DNA of 64,000 nt from an uncultured Clostridia bacterium (GTDB lineage: Bacteria > Bacillota > Clostridia > Christensenellales > UBA1242), in assembly GCA_947629745.1 (NCBI GenBank), contig CANREZ010000004.1, forward strand, positions 8,808 to 72,807. The letters are read 5' to 3'. This document shows, piece after piece, positions 34,263 to 46,060 of the stretch. Made by a program: the position numbers and the translations under genes. Below the pieces are notes generated by a model. That model ran no database searches. It was given only the letters and a program-made list of their open reading frames with translations, and was not told the origin of the DNA. Within the stretch, counting starts at the first letter, position 1. The number at the start of each line of letters is the position of its first letter.

Positions 34263-35429
34263 ATGGTAAAAAGATTGTGCATAGCTTTATCCATTATACT
34301 TATAATAGCCTCACTAATTCTAGTAAATGCGGCAAATGTAGTCTTCGCTGCAAATACTCTAGACTTAGCGGGGGATAGTTACATCTTAGTTGAGGCAAAT
34401 AGTCTAAAGATATTGGAGGCAAGTAACGAACATGAGAAAATGCCTGTGGCTAGCATCTGCAAGCTCATGACCAGCCTCATCACTATGGAGTATATCGAAT
34501 CGGGCAGTATTAGCCCGGATGATATGGTGACCATCAGTGAGCACGCAGCATCTATTGAGGGATCTCAAGCATTCCTTGATGCAGGCAGCAAGTATAAGGT
34601 GGAAGATTTGCTAAAAACTTTGATAATTGCAAGCGCAAATGATAGCAGTGTAGCCCTTGCCGAACACATAGCAGGTAGCGAAAATAACTTCGTTCGCCTC
34701 ATGAATGACCGAGCAAGCGAATTAGGAATGCTAGATACAATATATGAGAATGCAACCGGGCTAAATACCATGGGCCAACACTCCACAGCATATGACACTG
34801 CACTAATCCTAAGAGAGGTAAATAACCACGATTTGTATCACAAGTATAGTAGTATCTGGATGGACGAACTAGTCCACCCATCAGGCAGATCTACTGAGCT
34901 AGTCAATACTAATAGGCTAGTGAAGTATTATGACAAGTGCGTATGTGGCAAAACCGGATTTACCGATGAGGCAGGATACTGCCTATCATGCTATGCAACT
35001 GATGGTAAGCTCGATTTAATAGCTGTGACGCTAAAATGTGACAAGGCAAATGAGAGATTCGAGGATTGTGTGAAACTGTGCAACTTCGGCTTTGCAAATT
35101 TTAGGAGCGAAAAGGTCGTGGATAGCACGGTAACCCTTGGCAGCGTCCCAGTATCTAGAGGAAGAGAAGATAGAGTATCCTATCATGCAGCGCGCGACTA
35201 CACTAGTGTAGTAAAGGTAGGCGAGAGCGCAGATATCACAATTAATGTCGAATTATGTGATATAGTAGCACCAATAAGATCTAGTGATGTAGTGGGTCGT
35301 ATGACGCTGATAGACCAGTCAGGAGTGATACTAGATGAGATAAACTTGGTGGCAGAAACATCAGTGGATAGAGCTAGATACAGTGACGTTCTTGACAAAA
35401 TGTACGACAATTGGAATGTAATAGGATAA
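34263..35429 (+). CDS. D-alanyl-D-alanine carboxypeptidase (S11, DacB/DacF type)
   Basis: ATG 34263 follows GGGGGAA, and a signal peptide is present. Motifs are SxxK (ASICKLMT), SxN (SANDS) and KTG (GKTGFT). Confidence 0.9.
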   Translation: MVKRLCIALSIILIIASLILVNAANVVFAANTLDLAGDSYILVEANSLKILEASNEHEKMPVASICKLMTSLITMEYIESGSISPDDMVTISEHAASIEGSQAFLDAGSKYKVEDLLKTLIIASANDSSVALAEHIAGSENNFVRLMNDRASELGMLDTIYENATGLNTMGQHSTAYDTALILREVNNHDLYHKYSSIWMDELVHPSGRSTELVNTNRLVKYYDKCVCGKTGFTDEAGYCLSCYATDGKLDLIAVTLKCDKANERFEDCVKLCNFGFANFRSEKVVDSTVTLGSVPVSRGREDRVSYHAARDYTSVVKVGESADITINVELCDIVAPIRSSDVVGRMTLIDQSGVILDEINLVAETSVDRARYSDVLDKMYDNWNVIG

Positions 35430-35444
35430 TTAAATATCAAAATA

Positions 35445-35479
35445 AACTCTGGGTAAAGCGAACTTATCCAGAGTTTTTT
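35445..35479 (+). terminator. Rho-independent terminator
   Basis: Stem AACTCTGG / CCAGAGTT followed by T6. Confidence 0.7.
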
Positions 35480-35569
35480 CGTGCAAAATAGTTAGGCTAT
35501 ATTGCGTGGAATAATTTGCCTCAATCATGCAATTATTATATAATATTACAAATATCTTTTGGAGGCAAA

Positions 35570-36250
35570 ATGTTCGGAATTTGGGGAGAACTTGAAGGTG
35601 GCGGGAATGTTGCTATAGTGTATGGCTTAGCAATAATTTTTACCATCCTATTATCCTTTACCTTGCATGAATTTTCCCACGCATTCGTTGCCTACAAGTG
35701 TGGTGACCCAACGGCAAAGGAAGCAGGCAGGCTCACGGTCAATCCATTCCGCCACATGGACCCAATAGGTATGATATGTTGCTTTATCTTTGGATTTGGC
35801 TGGGCAAAGCCTGTGCCTATCAATCCACTGAGATTTAGGAATTTTAAACGCGGGTTAGTGCTCACATCCATTGCGGGTGTTACTATGAATTTCATCCTTG
35901 CATTCTTTAGTGCTGGGGCGTATGTGCTGATGATAAGATTCGTGCAATTTAGTGCGATTACATCGGAGTTTGTATACTATCTAGCATTATTCGGATTGTA
36001 TTTCTTTAGCCTCATGACTACTATCAATCTCACCCTTTGCGTATTCAATTTGCTCCCTATCTATCCACTGGACGGATTTAGGGTAGTGGAGGCTGTTACG
36101 AAATATTCTAATCCTTATGTGAACTTCATGAGGCGTTATGGCACACTCGTGATGCTAATAGTAGTGATTTTTGGAAGTCCACTTATCTCTATGCTCATGG
36201 ATATAATTGGTTGGCCGATCGAGGCGTTCTGGGGATTATTTGTCAGGTGA
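35570..36250 (+). CDS. Site-2 protease family (M50) membrane metalloprotease
   Basis: ATG 35570 follows GGAGG. The HExxH motif (LHEFSHAFVAY) sits in the first TM region, the protein is polytopic, and LLPIYPLDG lies downstream. Confidence 0.8.
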   Translation: MFGIWGELEGGGNVAIVYGLAIIFTILLSFTLHEFSHAFVAYKCGDPTAKEAGRLTVNPFRHMDPIGMICCFIFGFGWAKPVPINPLRFRNFKRGLVLTSIAGVTMNFILAFFSAGAYVLMIRFVQFSAITSEFVYYLALFGLYFFSLMTTINLTLCVFNLLPIYPLDGFRVVEAVTKYSNPYVNFMRRYGTLVMLIVVIFGSPLISMLMDIIGWPIEAFWGLFVR

Positions 36251-36253
36251 TTT

Positions 36254-37006
36254 ATGGATAAAAAGGAAGAAGAGATTATTGAATCAAGCGATGGTCCTAC
36301 ATTCAAACTCGATGGATTCGAGGGGCCACTAGACCTACTGCTTTATCTTATCAAGCGCTCCAAGATGGAGATAGAGGATGTCGAGCTATCCTCCATCACC
36401 GAGCAATATCTCGATATGATAAAGGATATGGATAGCGTGGATATGGAGCGCGCTAGCGAATTTATCGAGATGGCGGCTATACTGATTGAGATAAAGAGCA
36501 AGGCTCTGCTCCCGTCCGAGCAGAGTGAGGATGGCACTATTTCCGATGAAGAAATGCTAAAGATGAGGCTTAGGGAATATCAGGTGCTAAAAGAGAGTTT
36601 TGATAAACTAAAAGGCATGGATGACGTGGAAAAATTTTACCGCGCACCTGACCCAAAGGCAAACAAAGTAAAAATTGTGTTAAAAGAGAATATGAGTCTA
36701 GACCTGCTGCTCGATGCTTTCCAAAACCTTATGATTAAGATGAATAATAGGAAGGAAGATGAGAAGCCAAAGCAGATAGCAAAGGAGCGCTTCACCGTAG
36801 CTGAGAAGATATCATCGCTTCGTGATACACTCCTGCTCCATGAGTCAGTGAATTTCAGCGAATTATTCGACAAAGATATCTCAAAAGAAGAAGTCATCAC
36901 CACTTTTATGGCGCTACTGGAGTTACTAAAAATGCAAGAAATTTCTGTTAGCCAGAAGGAAAATTACGGTGACATAGCAATTACTAGGAGGAAGGAGAGT
37001 GAATAA
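36254..37006 (+). CDS. scpA: Segregation and condensation protein A
   Basis: FKLDGFEGPLDLLLYLIKRSKMEIEDVELSSITEQYL and EFIEMAAILIEIKSKALLP match the ScpA signature. scpB lies immediately downstream. Confidence 0.92.
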   Translation: MDKKEEEIIESSDGPTFKLDGFEGPLDLLLYLIKRSKMEIEDVELSSITEQYLDMIKDMDSVDMERASEFIEMAAILIEIKSKALLPSEQSEDGTISDEEMLKMRLREYQVLKESFDKLKGMDDVEKFYRAPDPKANKVKIVLKENMSLDLLLDAFQNLMIKMNNRKEDEKPKQIAKERFTVAEKISSLRDTLLLHESVNFSELFDKDISKEEVITTFMALLELLKMQEISVSQKENYGDIAITRRKESE

Positions 37007-37700
37007 TCTATCAAATATTATTGAGGCGATATTATTCGTCTCAGGTGACAGTGTGGCGGTAAACGACATAGCGGAGAAGCTAGGTGTCACTGAGGAAGAT
37101 ATATCTAGTGCTGTCGAGGAACTAAAGGCTAAATACGATGAAAATTCAGGGATAAAACTATTGTCATTCAATGGCAAATTGCAGTTTGCATCAAATTCGC
37201 AGTATGGGGAGAGCGTGAGCGCTGTGCTAAATCCTATCAAAGAGAGGAATCTCACCCGCGCAGTGCTAGAAGTCGTCGCAATCATTGCATACAAACAACC
37301 AATCACTAGGCTGGACCTAGAAAATATTCGTGGGGGAGTGAATAGTGACTACGCACTATCAATACTTCTTGAAAACGGCTTAATCGAGGTAGTTGGTAGG
37401 AAAGACGCTATCGGCAAGCCTTTGCTATTTGGCACGACGGATAAATTCCTAAAGCGTTTCAATCTATCCGATATCTCCGACTTGCCAGACTATGAGGAGC
37501 TCCTTGAGCGCATCAAAGTGATTCATCAGCCAAAGGAGGAATTATTCAATTACACCGATTACTCCACCGGAGAGGGCGAGAAAGTGAATGAAGATAATAC
37601 TGACGAGTCCGAGCAGATCAGGATATACAACGAAATGACCGAGGCACTAAAGAATATCAAAGTGCCGGATGTAACTATTGACGAGGGCGATGAATTCTAA
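36999..37700 (+). CDS. scpB: Segregation and condensation protein B
   Basis: IIEAILFVSGDSV...AVLEVVAIIAYKQPITRLDLENIRG is typical of ScpB. The start overlaps the scpA stop by 8 nt. Confidence 0.9.
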   Translation: MNNLSNIIEAILFVSGDSVAVNDIAEKLGVTEEDISSAVEELKAKYDENSGIKLLSFNGKLQFASNSQYGESVSAVLNPIKERNLTRAVLEVVAIIAYKQPITRLDLENIRGGVNSDYALSILLENGLIEVVGRKDAIGKPLLFGTTDKFLKRFNLSDISDLPDYEELLERIKVIHQPKEELFNYTDYSTGEGEKVNEDNTDESEQIRIYNEMTEALKNIKVPDVTIDEGDEF

Positions 37701-37775
37701 GTGAGAGACTAAAAATATTACTCTTATCACTATACATATCAACATCTTAAATAAAACTAATCGATATACAAATTT

Positions 37776-37802
37776 TGCACCTAAATGATAGGTGCATTTT
37801 TT
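37776..37802 (+). terminator. Rho-independent terminator of scpB
   Basis: Stem TGCACCT / AGGTGCA with a 7-nt loop, followed by T6. The tracked TTG start at 37775 abuts the 5' edge of this hairpin, so the tracked reading frame runs through it. Confidence 0.8.
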
Positions 37803-37843
37803 GTGTCTTGCATAATTTTTCCAATTTGGCACAAGTTATTAGT

Positions 37844-38422
37844 ATGAATATTGGGCAGCTTATCTTCATCCTAGTGATACTACTCTTGATACTGGATATC
37901 TATATTAGGGTCAAGGTGGAATATCAGGTGGACCAAAATCTCGGCCATATCAGGCTATATCTATTTGGGATTAGGGTAATCAGCTTTGACTTCACATTAG
38001 TACTAAAGCACTTCAAATATTCATCAAAGCCAAAGAATGTGATACGAATCAAAATCGACCCTACGGCAAAGTCTGTCATATTCGCTAAAATATTATTTAG
38101 CAATATTCGGAAGAAAACTGTACTTAGAATTTGCAGGGTAGATGCCGTTATTCATAGCCGAGATATTATGCTAGGTAGCGTGCTTGGAGGGCTAAGCAAT
38201 GTGATACTTGCTCCCTACATGACGACATTAAAATCGCGACATATCGATGCGGATATCTTCGGCCAAGTGGATGTGAGCTATAGTGAGGATAATATCAAGT
38301 TTGCAGGGGATCTAGCCATAAACATCACGTTATTTGACATAATAGTAGGGTTAATCAATACAATATATGCTTTCTGGAGGTGGGGAAATGAAATCAAAAA
38401 ACGACAAATCGACGGAGTCTAA
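37844..38422 (+). CDS. YtfI-like (DUF2953-type) sporulation-associated membrane protein
   Basis: This is the first ATG after the terminator. There is an N-terminal TM (IGQLIFILVILLLILDIYI), and the gene sits directly upstream of the ytfJ-like gene as in Bacillus ytfI-ytfJ. The RBS is weak. Confidence 0.45.
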   Translation: MNIGQLIFILVILLLILDIYIRVKVEYQVDQNLGHIRLYLFGIRVISFDFTLVLKHFKYSSKPKNVIRIKIDPTAKSVIFAKILFSNIRKKTVLRICRVDAVIHSRDIMLGSVLGGLSNVILAPYMTTLKSRHIDADIFGQVDVSYSEDNIKFAGDLAINITLFDIIVGLINTIYAFWRWGNEIKKRQIDGV

Positions 38423-38795
38423 CGCGCAGAGTACAGGGGTGGACAAAGTAATATCCACGGCTATATCGAGGCTCCGGGACCTAGTGGATGTGAATACTGT
38501 GATCGGTGAGCCATACAATATGCCAGATGGGTCCATCATCGTGCCTATCTCCAAAATTATTGTGGGGTTCGTTGCAGGTGGCGGACAAGTGGATTCAAAA
38601 TCCACACCTGTGCCATTTGCAGGAGGATCGGGAGCTGGACTAACTGTCGAGCCAATAGGGCTTGTGATAAAGACCATTGATGGCAATTACAAGTTCGTGC
38701 CAACACTATCAAAAGGTTATGGAATACTAGTCGAGCAAGCCACCAAATTATTCAAATCATTCCGGGAGAAAATAAATGAAGAAGAAGATAATTAG
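38388..38795 (+). CDS. ytfJ: YtfJ/GerW-family sporulation protein
   Basis: ATG follows GGAGGTGGGG. LVDVNTVIGEPYNMPDGSIIVPISKIIVGFVAGGG...FAGGSGAGLTVEPIGLVI matches the GerW/YtfJ pattern. Confidence 0.8.
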   Translation: MKSKNDKSTESNAQSTGVDKVISTAISRLRDLVDVNTVIGEPYNMPDGSIIVPISKIIVGFVAGGGQVDSKSTPVPFAGGSGAGLTVEPIGLVIKTIDGNYKFVPTLSKGYGILVEQATKLFKSFREKINEEEDN

Positions 38796-39900
38796 TGCTA
38801 TATTTATTTGCCTAGCACTCACTATAATTGCTACACCCATTAAAATGTACAAGGTGTTTGCACTAGATGAGCGGGCAAGTGTCGTGCTGGATGCTAAAGG
38901 GAAGAACGTGCTGTATGGATACAACGAACATGATAGGCTCCCTATGGCTAGCACCACAAAAATCACAACGGCAATAGTGGCTATTGAGAATTATCCTGAC
39001 CTAGATAGGATGGTGAAGGTCGACGATAGTGCAGTGGGCATAGAGGGGACGAGCATTTATCTAGAATATGGAGAGGAGATATCCATGCGAGAATTGCTAC
39101 TAGGATTGATGCTCGCTAGTGGCAACGATTGTGCTTGTGCTATAGCCTGCGAAGTAGCGGGGAGCCAAGATGGATTCGTACAGATGATGAATGACTTTGT
39201 GGCGAACCTCGGCCTAAGTGATACTCACTATGACAACCCACATGGCCTCGATAGCCCTACACATTACACATCGGCATATGATCTAGCCTATATCACCTCA
39301 TATGCGCTGGACAATCCAACGTTTAGAGAAATTTGTTCCACAAAGACGGCAACAATTTCGGGTAACTCCAAGAATGAGGCTAGATATCTAAGACACAAAA
39401 ATAAACTATTATTCTCTGATCCAAATTGCATTGGGGTAAAGACCGGCTTTACGGATAATGCGGGCAGATGCTTAGTGCACGCTACCGAGGCAGATAATAT
39501 GAGACTTGTGTCGGTCGTGCTAAATTGTGGGCCAATGTTTGATAGGTGCAAGGAGTTAGACGAGAATATTCGGTCCGAATACTCCTATCACCAATTCATC
39601 GCACCATATAGTGTGGTAGGGCGTGTGGTAGTAAGTAATGGTGATGTAGAGTACATCAACGCTGCTGTCAAAAATGGGTATGATTGTGTCATAAAGTCTA
39701 GTGATATTGATAAGTACACCACGGTATTTGATATGACCTACGATATGGAAGCTCCAATAGAGAAGGACCAAGTGATAGGCAGCGCCAAGGTGTTATTCGG
39801 CGACGAGGAGATATTCTCCACTCCAATTTACGCCATAAGCGGTGCGGAAAATATAGATATTAGATATTATCTAGATAATATAATTGACGAGTGGATCTAG
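38776..39900 (+). CDS. dacB: D-alanyl-D-alanine carboxypeptidase (S11, DacB type)
   Basis: A signal peptide is present. Motifs are SxxK (ASTTKITT), SxN (SGND) and KTG (VKTGFT). The scpA-scpB-...-dacB-rluB synteny matches Bacillus. Confidence 0.88.
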   Translation: MKKKIISAIFICLALTIIATPIKMYKVFALDERASVVLDAKGKNVLYGYNEHDRLPMASTTKITTAIVAIENYPDLDRMVKVDDSAVGIEGTSIYLEYGEEISMRELLLGLMLASGNDCACAIACEVAGSQDGFVQMMNDFVANLGLSDTHYDNPHGLDSPTHYTSAYDLAYITSYALDNPTFREICSTKTATISGNSKNEARYLRHKNKLLFSDPNCIGVKTGFTDNAGRCLVHATEADNMRLVSVVLNCGPMFDRCKELDENIRSEYSYHQFIAPYSVVGRVVVSNGDVEYINAAVKNGYDCVIKSSDIDKYTTVFDMTYDMEAPIEKDQVIGSAKVLFGDEEIFSTPIYAISGAENIDIRYYLDNIIDEWI

Positions 39901-39917
39901 TAATAAAAAGCAAGTAA

Positions 39918-39945
39918 AGAGACTAATTAGATTAGTCTTTTTTCT
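39918..39945 (+). terminator. Rho-independent terminator of dacB
   Basis: Stem AAAGACTAAT / ATTAGTCTTT with loop TAG, followed by a T run. Confidence 0.8.
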
Positions 39946-39967
39946 TTGCTATGTGATATAATAAATT

Positions 39968-40687
39968 ATGAGACTTAACAAGTATTTAGCATCATGTGGA
40001 CTGGGCAGTAGGAGGAAGGTCGAGGAGATTATCTCCGCCGGCCGAGTAAAGGTAGCAGGCAAGGTTGCTGGATTGTCCACAATAGTGAGTGATAATGACA
40101 TAGTAGAGGTGGATGGCAAGCGCGTGAGTGTGGCAAACACCTATGAATATATCCTGCTTAATAAGCCAAAAGGCTATCTATGCACAACTAGTGATGATCG
40201 TGGCAGGCCGACTGTTTTGGACCTAGTAAGGTCAAAGAATAGACTATTCCCTGTAGGTCGTCTTGACTACAATTCGGAGGGAATGATCATACTCACCAAC
40301 GACGGGGACTTTGCAAATGACCTCATCCACCCATCACACGGAGTGACAAAGACTTATGATGTGAAGACCAAGTATCCACTAAATGACCGGGAATTATCTG
40401 CCCTTGCACACGGCGTAGATGTCGGCGTGTATGTGACAGCTCCTGCAGTTGTGGAGGATTGTAGTTGCGATAGTGATGGCAAGTATCACACATATATCAC
40501 GCTCTTTGAGGGCAAGAATAGGGAACTTAGACGAATATTCGAGACGTTCTCTCTACAAATTTTGTCACTGAAGCGTATCCGCATTGGCAGTCTAGAATTA
40601 GGAGATCTGCCAGTGGGCAAATATAGGAGGCTATCTAATGACGAATTGAGGTTATTGAAAATGTCTAGAGTTTCCAAGGTTAATTGA
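39968..40687 (+). CDS. rluB: rRNA pseudouridine synthase (RsuA/RluB family)
   Basis: The S4 domain reads MRLNKYLASCGLGSRRKVEEIISAGRVKV. The catalytic motif is VGRLDYNSEGMIILTNDG. Confidence 0.9.
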   Translation: MRLNKYLASCGLGSRRKVEEIISAGRVKVAGKVAGLSTIVSDNDIVEVDGKRVSVANTYEYILLNKPKGYLCTTSDDRGRPTVLDLVRSKNRLFPVGRLDYNSEGMIILTNDGDFANDLIHPSHGVTKTYDVKTKYPLNDRELSALAHGVDVGVYVTAPAVVEDCSCDSDGKYHTYITLFEGKNRELRRIFETFSLQILSLKRIRIGSLELGDLPVGKYRRLSNDELRLLKMSRVSKVN

Positions 40688-40738
40688 TTGCAAAAATAGC
40701 CTTAGATCATTATAATAGAGGAAGTATTAGGAGGGAGC

Positions 40739-41404
40739 ATGATATCAATTGCAATAGATGGCACGAGTGGAGCAGGGAAGAGCACAGTAGCGGATATTTT
40801 GGCAGAAAAGCTCGGTATCATGCATCTCAATTCAGGCGCACTATATAGAGCATGTGGACTGTATATGTTAGAGCATAATATCGACCCACATGACGGAGAT
40901 AGGGTGTGCAAAGTTTTGCCGAAGTGCAAAATTAGTGTGAAATTCGAGGACGGCAAGCAGAGGACTATACTTTGTGGCATTGATGTGACGGACAAATTGT
41001 ATTCTAGCGTTATGTCCGATTATAGCTCCATAGTCTCACAATATGAGAGGGTGCGTGAGTATATCAAGCACGTCCAGCAGGATATCGCAAAGGACCATAG
41101 CATAATAATAGAGGGCAGAGATATCACAAGTGTTGTACTGCCAAATGCGGATTTTAAATTTTTCCTCACAACCAGTGTGGAGATTAGAGCCAGCAGGAGA
41201 CTAAAGGATCTAGTAAAAGCTGGTGAGAAAGTGACCTATGACGAAGTCCTTGCCGAGCTAAAGGAGCGCGACTATAGGGATACAACTAGGGCAATAAATC
41301 CACTAATAATAGTGCCGGATGCAATAGTGATAGATACAAGCAAACTCGATCAATACGAGGTGGCAGATTATATGATAAAAGTGATAAAAGATAGGAGGGG
41401 ATAA
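40739..41404 (+). CDS. cmk: Cytidylate kinase
   Basis: IAIDGTSGAGKSTVADILAEKLG P-loop, plus SGALYRA and IIIEGRDITSVVLPNA. Confidence 0.93.
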   Translation: MISIAIDGTSGAGKSTVADILAEKLGIMHLNSGALYRACGLYMLEHNIDPHDGDRVCKVLPKCKISVKFEDGKQRTILCGIDVTDKLYSSVMSDYSSIVSQYERVREYIKHVQQDIAKDHSIIIEGRDITSVVLPNADFKFFLTTSVEIRASRRLKDLVKAGEKVTYDEVLAELKERDYRDTTRAINPLIIVPDAIVIDTSKLDQYEVADYMIKVIKDRRG

Positions 41405-41405
41405 G

Positions 41406-42194
41406 ATGTTTTATTGGTTAGTAAAGATAATATTTTTTCTCCCACTAAGATTAGTCTATCCCACTATTGTGCGGGGCAAGAAAAATATAGTAGATGGCAG
41501 GATGATATTAGCACCAAATCACCAGACACTAAATGACCCTATAATCATCTTTAGCGAGATGAATAAACGCTTCTCCTACATGGCAAAAGCCCCACTTTTT
41601 GAGAAACAACCTCTAAAGTGGATACTCTATCACCTAGGCGCATATCCCGTACATAATAAGGCAAACGATATCACCGCAGTGAAGACTACACTAAGACTGC
41701 TAAAGGACGACAAACGCGTGGTCATATTCCCTGAGGGAATGAGGATAAAATCCGATGTGTCAAACGAAATAAAACACGGCGTTGCAAATTTTGCACTTAA
41801 GACCAAGACTCCTATTGTGCCAGCGTGCTTCATGCGTTTTACCAACGCGTTTACGCTAAATACTCTTGTCATTGGCAAACCTATCTATCTGCACGAGATG
41901 GAGGAATTTTCTGGTCCTATAAATCACGAGACCCTGGATGCAGCAGGCAAAATCATATCCGAGAGCATCTATGCGCTAAAGGATGAGTTTGTAGCAGGGA
42001 AGATAGAGGCAGCATCACATTTCTATGACAAACAGATTGCCGATATGTACTACGAGATGTATAGGAAATCGTCTCACACATCCCGCAAACGTTATGACAA
42101 AGTAGCGCAACCATTCATTGAAGATATCAAGCACATTGAGGAATTAAAGGCAAAGAAGATAGCAAAGATTAAGAAGAAATATAGCGTTGCGTAA
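41406..42194 (+). CDS. plsC: 1-acyl-sn-glycerol-3-phosphate acyltransferase
   Basis: NHQTLNDP (the NHxxxxD motif) and IFPEGMR (the FPEGTR-type motif). Confidence 0.88.
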   Translation: MFYWLVKIIFFLPLRLVYPTIVRGKKNIVDGRMILAPNHQTLNDPIIIFSEMNKRFSYMAKAPLFEKQPLKWILYHLGAYPVHNKANDITAVKTTLRLLKDDKRVVIFPEGMRIKSDVSNEIKHGVANFALKTKTPIVPACFMRFTNAFTLNTLVIGKPIYLHEMEEFSGPINHETLDAAGKIISESIYALKDEFVAGKIEAASHFYDKQIADMYYEMYRKSSHTSRKRYDKVAQPFIEDIKHIEELKAKKIAKIKKKYSVA

Positions 42195-42212
42195 TATAAA
42201 ATTAGTTTTATT

Positions 42213-42248
42213 GACTAAATGAGGTATATTCATTTAGTCTTTTTTTTA
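42213..42248 (+). terminator. Rho-independent terminator of plsC
   Basis: Perfect 10-bp stem GACTAAATGA / TCATTTAGTC followed by T9. Confidence 0.85.
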
Positions 42249-42293
42249 GATATAAAAGGTTTAGTTTTTGGCAAGAATATTTTAGAGGGGATT

Positions 42294-43391
42294 ATGGAGA
42301 GAAAAGAAATTCTTGCAAAGAACATTGTAAAATACAGCATTCACCTAAAGCGTGGCGAAAAAGTCTGGGTGGAATACAGTGGCGTGGACGATGAGATGAT
42401 AAGATATCTAGTGCGCGAGATATGCGCATCTGGAGGCATTCCACTACTAAAATCTTATAGCCCTGCACACATCAAATATCTTATAAATTATGGAGGACTA
42501 GCTGCTATTAAGTTGCTTGCAAAATACGACGTGGAGCAGATGCGAGACGTGGATGCGGTCATCCTATTAAAAGGTCAGGAAAACAAATATGAGTATAGCG
42601 ATATAGATGAGCACGGCAGGAAGTTATTTGACAAATATTATAGCGAGCCTGTACACAATAAGATTAGATTATTCAAAAAATGGGTGCTGCTGAGATATCC
42701 AACAGTGGGTTTTGCCCAAGATGCACATATGAGCATGGAGAGCTTTGAGGACTTGTACTACAAAGTATGCCTACTAGATTACTCCAAAATGTGCAAAGCT
42801 ATGGATGGGCTAAAGAAATTGATGGAGAAGACCGATAAAGTGCATATATTATCCGATGAGACTGACCTCACGTTTTCCATCCGTGGCATTCCTGCAGTGA
42901 AGTGTTGTGGGGACAAGAATATTCCTGACGGCGAGATATATACAGCGCCTGTTAGGGACTCCATCAATGGTCACATATACTTCAATATCCCATTTAGCGT
43001 GAATGGGGAATACTTTAATGGCATTAGATTAGAATTTCGGGACGGCCGAGTGATTGATTGCGACAATCCGGCATTCAATAAGATATTAGATACTGACGAG
43101 GGGTCGAGATACGTTGGAGAATTTGCGTTTGGCGTGAACCCATATATGACGCGGCCTATCGGGGATATATTATTTGACGAGAAGATGGCATACTCCATCC
43201 ACATGGCCCTTGGCAATTGTTACGATGATGCACCAAATGGCAATCACTCGGCTATTCATCTAGACCTCATATGCAGTGCACATCCAGATTTTGGCGGAGG
43301 GAAGATATTCTTTGACGACAAATTAATTCGCGAAAATGGCATATTCACACTGGACAAATTAGTTGTGTTAAACCCCGACCATTTGGTATAA
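42294..43391 (+). CDS. Aminopeptidase, M29 (AmpS/PepS) family
   Basis: ATG 42294 follows AGAGGGG. Motifs are GEIYTAP, EFAFGVNP and FDEKMAYSIHMALG. Confidence 0.85.
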   Translation: MERKEILAKNIVKYSIHLKRGEKVWVEYSGVDDEMIRYLVREICASGGIPLLKSYSPAHIKYLINYGGLAAIKLLAKYDVEQMRDVDAVILLKGQENKYEYSDIDEHGRKLFDKYYSEPVHNKIRLFKKWVLLRYPTVGFAQDAHMSMESFEDLYYKVCLLDYSKMCKAMDGLKKLMEKTDKVHILSDETDLTFSIRGIPAVKCCGDKNIPDGEIYTAPVRDSINGHIYFNIPFSVNGEYFNGIRLEFRDGRVIDCDNPAFNKILDTDEGSRYVGEFAFGVNPYMTRPIGDILFDEKMAYSIHMALGNCYDDAPNGNHSAIHLDLICSAHPDFGGGKIFFDDKLIRENGIFTLDKLVVLNPDHLV

Positions 43392-43406
43392 TAATTCTAG
43401 AGGTGA

Positions 43407-44417
<1,011 letters not shown>

Positions 44418-44423
44418 AATATT

Positions 44424-44455
44424 ATCCCCATGAGTAAATCTTTTGGGGATTTTTT
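44424..44455 (+). terminator. Rho-independent terminator of gap
   Basis: Stem ATCCCCA / TGGGGAT followed by T6. Confidence 0.8.
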
Positions 44456-44517
44456 ATCGCATAATATATTTGAAAGTAGCGCAATATGTGGTACAATAAC
44501 TAAAATGGAGGGGAAGT

Positions 44518-44994
44518 ATGAGGTGTCCAGTTTGCGGATTGAAGATACGCGGCGACGAGTGTAGATATTGCCACACAAGACTAGATGATGTGTATCAGTC
44601 TAGCAATCACGCAGCACGCGCTCTTAGGCGCACTGACCCAAAACGCGCACGCGATGAAGTAGTCTACACGACCTATGTGCCAAATGATGTGAAGAAGACC
44701 AAACTTCGCGTACTCACTTGGACACTAGGATATGTCGGGGCTAACGACTTCCTAGTAGGAAGATTCCTCCGTGGGTGGTTCAAATTAGTTAGCACAGTGC
44801 TAATCTTTGCATCAGTCATAGTGCTTGTTATTGGCGAGATAAATGCACTAGCTTTTACCGATACTTTCCAGACAATCTCGGAAATTCTTGCATTTCCTGC
44901 AAGCTTTGCTTTCCTAATGTGGGTGCTAGATTGCTTTGGGGTGATATTCAATAGATACAAGATCCCTGTCGTGCTAGGAGGTAGTCATGAGTAA
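44518..44994 (+). CDS. TM2-domain membrane protein with N-terminal zinc-ribbon
   Basis: The CPVCG...CRYCH ribbon is followed by [24 protein letters not shown], which resembles the TM2 G-x-x-G-x-h-x-F-Y-x-G pattern, and two TM helices. Confidence 0.7.
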   Translation: MRCPVCGLKIRGDECRYCHTRLDDVYQSSNHAARALRRTDPKRARDEVVYTTYVPNDVKKTKLRVLTWTLGYVGANDFLVGRFLRGWFKLVSTVLIFASVIVLVIGEINALAFTDTFQTISEILAFPASFAFLMWVLDCFGVIFNRYKIPVVLGGSHE

Positions 44995-46060
44995 GACTGT
45001 AGTAGTAGGCATGAGCGGGGGAGTGGATAGCTCGGTCGCAGCAATTCTATTAAAGAATCAAGGCTACAACGTAATCGGCCTATTCATGAATAATTGGGAT
45101 GAGACTGAGGACGATGCTTGCACATCAGTGACCGATTGGGAGGATGTGAAACGCGTCTGCACGGCTCTGGATATCCCATATTATAGCGTGAGTTTCGCAA
45201 AGGAATACATGGATAGAGTGTTCAAGTATTTCCTTGAGGAATATAAGGCGGGCCGCACTCCAAATCCCGACGTGCTGTGCAATAGGGAGATAAAGTTCGG
45301 ACCATTCCTTGAGAAAGCTCGCGAGCTTGGTGCCGACTATATAGCAACTGGCCATTACTGCGATATATCTCACGAGGGCGGAGTCCATAGATTGCTCCGT
45401 GCGGCAGACACATCAAAGGACCAGACGTATTTCCTAAATCAATTATCCCAAGATCAATTAGCGGACGTCCTATTCCCACTAGGCAAGATGAAAAAGGACG
45501 AAGTGAGGAAGATCGCTACTGAGTACGGCTTAGTCACTGCGAAGAAAAAGGACTCCACCGGAATATGCTTCATAGGGGAGCGAAATTTTAGGAAGTTTCT
45601 AAAGAATTATTTACCTGCAAAGCCGGGCAAAATTTGTGACCTTGATGGCAATGTAGTGGGTGAGCATGAAGGTATCATGTATTACACATTAGGCCAGCGC
45701 CGAGGACTAAATCTTGGTGGCAGGAAGGATGAGGACGGCAGGTGGTTTGTCGTGTCAAAAGACGTGAAGAATAATATCCTATATGTTAGCCACAAGGATG
45801 AGACCCCACTATATAGCAAGGCTCTAGTCTCGCACGCTATCAATTGGATACCGTCTAGGCCAAAGGAAGATAAATTCACATGTTTTGCAAAATTCCGTTA
45901 CCGCCAACCTGACCAAAAGGTGACAGTCACGATACGGGGCGATGGCGCATACGTCGAGTTTGACCACCCGCAGCGCGCAGTCACTGAGGGGCAGTATGTA
46001 GTATTCTACGATGATGTTGCTTGTCTCGGTGGTGGAGTAATAGACGAAGTTATTAAGTAG
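44987..46060 (+). CDS. mnmA: tRNA 2-thiouridine(34) synthase
   Basis: [17 protein letters not shown]-loop, plus [17 protein letters not shown] and KDQTYFL. Confidence 0.95.
   Translation: MSKTVVVGMSGGVDSSVAAILLKNQGYNVIGLFMNNWDETEDDACTSVTDWEDVKRVCTALDIPYYSVSFAKEYMDRVFKYFLEEYKAGRTPNPDVLCNREIKFGPFLEKARELGADYIATGHYCDISHEGGVHRLLRAADTSKDQTYFLNQLSQDQLADVLFPLGKMKKDEVRKIATEYGLVTAKKKDSTGICFIGERNFRKFLKNYLPAKPGKICDLDGNVVGEHEGIMYYTLGQRRGLNLGGRKDEDGRWFVVSKDVKNNILYVSHKDETPLYSKALVSHAINWIPSRPKEDKFTCFAKFRYRQPDQKVTVTIRGDGAYVEFDHPQRAVTEGQYVVFYDDVACLGGGVIDEVIK

Noticed and set aside
36926-37306. A 126-aa minus-strand ORF.
   Set aside because: It is antisense to scpB, which has clear family motifs, so it is a shadow ORF.
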